64,000 nt of DNA, from the NCBI RefSeq assembly GCF_006345805.1, contig NW_021832126.1:426910-490909 (forward strand). The letters run 5' to 3'. This DNA comes from Octopus sinensis (taxonomy: Eukaryota). Each line of letters starts with the position of its first letter. Within the stretch, counting starts at the first letter, position 1. The notes below the pieces were generated by a model. That model was not told where the DNA came from, did not search any database, and saw nothing but the letters and a program-made list of their open reading frames with translations. The translations under genes were made by a program, and so were the position numbers. Below are positions 59,834 through 64,000 of the stretch, one piece after another.

Positions 59834-62800
59834 TCCGCAATCTCCAGACAATCTCCAGACATGAACCCAATGGAACATGTTTGGAGCATGATGAAGCAGA
59901 AGTATTCTTTAGATCCTGCAAAAAATAAACTGGATCTGGAAGTCAAATTAACAAAAATTTGGAACGAATTGCCGTCTGAAAGTATTCATAAGTTAATTGA
60001 TAGTACGCCTAAAAGGTCATACGAGCTATTTATTAATCGAGGATACTCCAAAACATATTAACTGTTGATTTTGTTAACTCTTCTTGTTAAAACCGGTTTT
60101 TTATTCACAAGCAAAAATTTAAATTTTTAAAATTTCCGCCGATTATTGAAATTTTTTAAAAGTAAAAAAGATTATACATATAATAAATTTCAAACTCTTT
60201 ATTTCATTTAGAAAATTAATAGCTAATCGCCAAAAAAATTATTAACTGCAAAACCGGTTTTTTTTTACCAGCACTGTATCATTGCGCCTAGGACTGAACG
60301 TATACCGGGAACACCGGTGTCGCTGTGGATCGACCGTTGACCCCTTTGGATTGCACCCGTTATCGTGCCAGAGAAGTTCCGGACGCTTCCCTCGACATAC
60401 TGCTCTGAGCGACATAGTCAAGCGGACTCTTGAAACTGCCGGATTCCCTTCACAGTTGGAACCGGTCGGGCTGGCTCGGGAGGATGGTAAACGTCCTGAT
60501 GGTCTAACGACCTTCCCCTTTGAAAATGGCAAGTCTCTCATCTGGGACGCTACTTGTACGGATACCTTCTCCGCCGGGAACATCTTGACGTCAGCTTCAG
60601 AGCCGGACTCTGCAGCTAACCTGGCAGAAACGCTGAAGATCAAAAAATACGGCGCCTTATCGCACCGTTATATCTTCGCCCCGGTCGCAGTGGAGACGTC
60701 GGGTGTCCTCGGTCCCAGGACTAAAAAATTTCTCATTAAATTGGGGAATCTGGCAAGCAGAAGGAAAAACGATCATCGAGAACGGACATGGCTTTTCCAA
60801 CGCATATCAATAGCCATCTTGCGTGGGAATTGCCATTCCATCTTGTCCTCTGCCGATAATTAGTTACACAAAAATTAAAAGTGAAAAGTTCAGTTTTGTA
60901 AAAAAAATGGAGACAGCCTGTAGTCATCAGAAATTGTTAACTACTATTGATTCTCCTTTGAGGAAACAGCTGCGCTTTTTGCAACTTGCCTCGATCATCA
61001 TGTTTGGTGATTTTTTGACACATTTTCCCATTTTAAGCACAAACTTATATTCTGGAAAATGGGGGACAAGTGAGTTAATCTATAAAAGAGTCTCAATTTA
61101 TCCAGGTTTTAAAAATAATAAATTAATTGAAAATTAACAATTCGATAAAGTTTTTATAAATTATATTCTATTTCGTAAATAGAATGGAATCTTACAACAA
61201 TGAAGAAATGTATCAATTCGCAGAAGACATTGCAAGGTGGTCGATTTTCTCATATTTACAGAGGAGGCTTCTCTGTGGTCAAACGGTGTATCCATAAAAA
61301 GACAGGAGTTAACTTTGCTGCGAAAATAATATACTTCAAAGACTTATTAGAGAAAAGTAAGATCACGTGACTACCAGATTACCGTGATATTGAGAAGGAA
61401 GTGGAAATATGTTTTCAGCTACATCATCAGAATATTGGCAGACTCAAATATTTCATTTTTAGTCCTTTTTTGCGACGCATTTGTCCGGGAACAATTTTTC
61501 TGCCTTGTCTTTGAATAGTACAAGTTATAAATTAACCAGCATTTCCGGTGGGGAACTCTTTGACGACATTATTTCGAGGGAACAGTACACTGAAGCTGAC
61601 GCAAGGTTGTCTTTTTGTCCACCTTTAGTTCGTCGATTGCGCAGATTTGCAGAGGTCTTGCCTACTGTCACTCAAAGTCGATCATTCACCGAGATCTTAA
61701 GGTTACTTTCTCATTTTTATTCAAGCCCGAGAATCTGCTTATTAGTCACACTGCGGGAGGAAAGATCATCAAATTGGCCGATTTCGGTCTCGCAGTCAAG
61801 GTCAACAGCCAATGGACCAATTACGGTCGTTATTGCCCATGCTTATAGAAAGGGTTTTGCGGAACTCCCGGCTATATGTCTCCGGAAATGATCCTTCAGC
61901 AGGCATACTCGTATCCAATTGACATGTGGGCGTGTGGAGTCATTTTGTACATTCTGCTATGTGGATATGCCCCCTTCTACCACGAGGATGAAAGCGAGTT
62001 GTTCAAAATGATCGCGGACGGACAATATTCAGTCAATGACTAACTCGATTGCCTAGTTCCCCTCTCCGGAATGGGATTTGATATCCCCACTCGCAAAGCA
62101 AACAATCACGTGCCTTTTGAACACGGATCCACGCGTTCGTCAGTCTGCCGAACAATTGCTCAAACTTGAGTGGATTCAGGTCTTTTCATTGCACAGTAAA
62201 GCAAACAGAATCCAGAATGTGTGCTGAACGACGGGCACAAGGAGACGACTGTGGACAACCTTCGAAGTTTCAATGCCCGTAGGAAATGGAAAGTGATTTT
62301 GTGTTATATATTTTCAAAGGGAACTGCACTGACTGCGCTATTGACGGCCAATAAATTCCGATTAAGTTGATTGCCTGCCGGTATTTGCAGGGCATAAAAT
62401 GAATGGACCCAATGAGGTGTCCCAAGAGGACGGTCATTCCACAAATTTAGAAATGCAAATCAAAAAGAAATCGTCAAGGTCACTGAAAAATTTTTAGGAT
62501 GCATTATTAATCGGAATTATTCCAATTTCCAGTTTTGCGCTATTTGTGAATATTAGAAAACTCGTGGACAGCAAACTCACGTTCTATGAACCGGGGACAC
62601 TCGGGAACTTGTACTACGGAATGGAATATCACAAATTCCAATTCAAATGTAATGGCTGCATATCACATTTCGTAGACAAGCGGGTGGAGAACACGACAAG
62701 CATCACAATGCTTCAGCCCGAAGTTAAATTGCTGACCAAAGACGTGGGAATCATTACTTTTATTCGCCTGACACAAACTGTGGAAGAGTAAGCCCATTCG

Positions 62801-64000
62801 ACGATCTCCAGTGAGAGTTTAGTGATTTCTCGGAACGAAGAAACGCACGTGTGGCAGAAGAAGGAGGACCAGTGGGTGAATGTTCATTTCCATCAATCGA
62901 ATTTGGCCAACTCTTATTTCCAATCCAATTTATCGTACAACGACGTAAACAGCAGGAAAACATAGAGTTGTCCAACTTAATGACTAACTGAGTTTGGCCT
63001 AACCTGTAACATATGCAATGTACGTGCACTAACTAAAACATCTATTCCGTCTAAGCTACACGTCATCTCTGATAGTTGTACTATGAGTTGTCGTTGTCGT
63101 TGCATAGCCTCGTTCACACATCAGTTTATAAGACCAGCGGCTAGCAGAAATAACAACCCCTTCAAGGATTGCTCCAAAAAGACTTCAAGGGAGTGAACAA
63201 CAAGTTTTTAGCGAATAAGAAGATCGGGAAAACAGAAAAAGTAATCGGTTTAATGATCTTCGACACATCAAAGGTCACAATAACGCGAGATCGAGTTGTT
63301 CATTGTGTGAGCGTAGAAGTTTAATGAGTGGTGATGACCCCAGCGGAAACGCCCAAGATTAATCTAAGCAGAACGCTCAAGAAACATTTCATAGGGATGA
63401 ACATGTGGTGGAAATTTGTATAGGATGGAATTAGGCGTTAACCTTAGAATTGTCGGCGTTCAGATAAAATCATGAATTTTTTGCATTGGCTGTGAACATT
63501 AATTTAGGAAAGAATAAGGATTATTGTTTTGTAGACGTATTCTTCAGTGATCGGCCATTGTTATTTAGAGCAGTGCAAGAATGATAGCTCCGATAATATT
63601 TAGATGTTCTTCTATCGGGAGAAGATTGGTTTTGCAGTGAAGGTGGTCAATGTGTGTTCATTTCAGACACCCGGATATAATTTCGCATAGCCTTGTTTTG
63701 AACTGATTGGAATCCCCCGGCGAAGTTTGCAGATAAACAGGGGGCCCAGCATCGACTTCGAAGTTTAGAACGAGGCAAATCCATTGTTTGTATATTTGTT
63801 TGAGAAATGATTTTTGGACACCAATGGTGCAACCACTTATTGCTTTTAGAATTTTTGTAAGCCTGTTTGCCTTGTTCAAAATGTTCGAGACATGTTTATT
63901 GAAGGACATCGTTGAGTAAAAAGTAAGTCCGAGAACAATAAGGTGTTTTAATAACGGAAGGCCCTGTATCGCCGGATGTAAGAGTAATCCGAAAAATCAA
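59833..64000 (+). repeat. Segmental duplication of 38407-42563 (Tc1 end, CRE 3' end, CAMK2, LINE remnant); runs off the window
   Basis: About 9 differences seen in 4.15 kb; 11-bp tandem duplication aatctccagac at the left breakpoint. Confidence 0.97.
61184..62965 (+). CDS. CAMK2: CaMKII copy 2; a 1-bp deletion in the association-domain exon (aaaaggaaat -> aaaagaaat, ~62466) would shift the frame if real
   Basis: Near-identical to 39745-41528. Confidence 0.85.

Noticed and set aside
59488-59928. Cys-rich 146-aa ORF (CGRCVYCGR) as the real product
   Set aside because: Comparison with the paralog at 5930-6015 shows synonymous changes in a different frame.

Overview
AT-rich eukaryotic genomic DNA, very probably animal. 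The host genes are compact and split by micro-introns of about 19-28 nt, including GC-AG introns. Micro-introns, highly divergent rRNA and a ciliary STPG2 gene fit a dicyemid mesozoan; a myxozoan or other reduced animal is not excluded. Recognisable host genes: PNO1, CHMP5, STPG2, a C2H2 zinc-finger gene, CaMKII (two copies), an RB-family gene, AMPK gamma, POT1 with an N-terminal extension, an LRR gene, decayed proteasome beta-like paralogs and an unknown gene built from duplicated exon plus GC-AG intron units. Roughly half the window is transposon-derived. It is dominated by several divergent CRE-clade (RT plus restriction-like endonuclease) retrotransposons; both copies that retain their N-terminus carry a PHD finger. 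One CRE copy is 5'-inverted inside a single TSD and another is circularly permuted. Seven elements (CRE, Tc1, pogo, hAT, Ginger, LINE, CRE) form a nested stack with all TSDs readable. A probable non-autonomous Helitron carries a 96-bp satellite of about 43 copies. There are three dispersed rDNA fragments and a near-identical duplication of at least 4.1 kb. Many 1-bp homopolymer indels may be long-read errors, so frameshift calls are tentative. All identifications come from motif recognition by eye; no searches were run.
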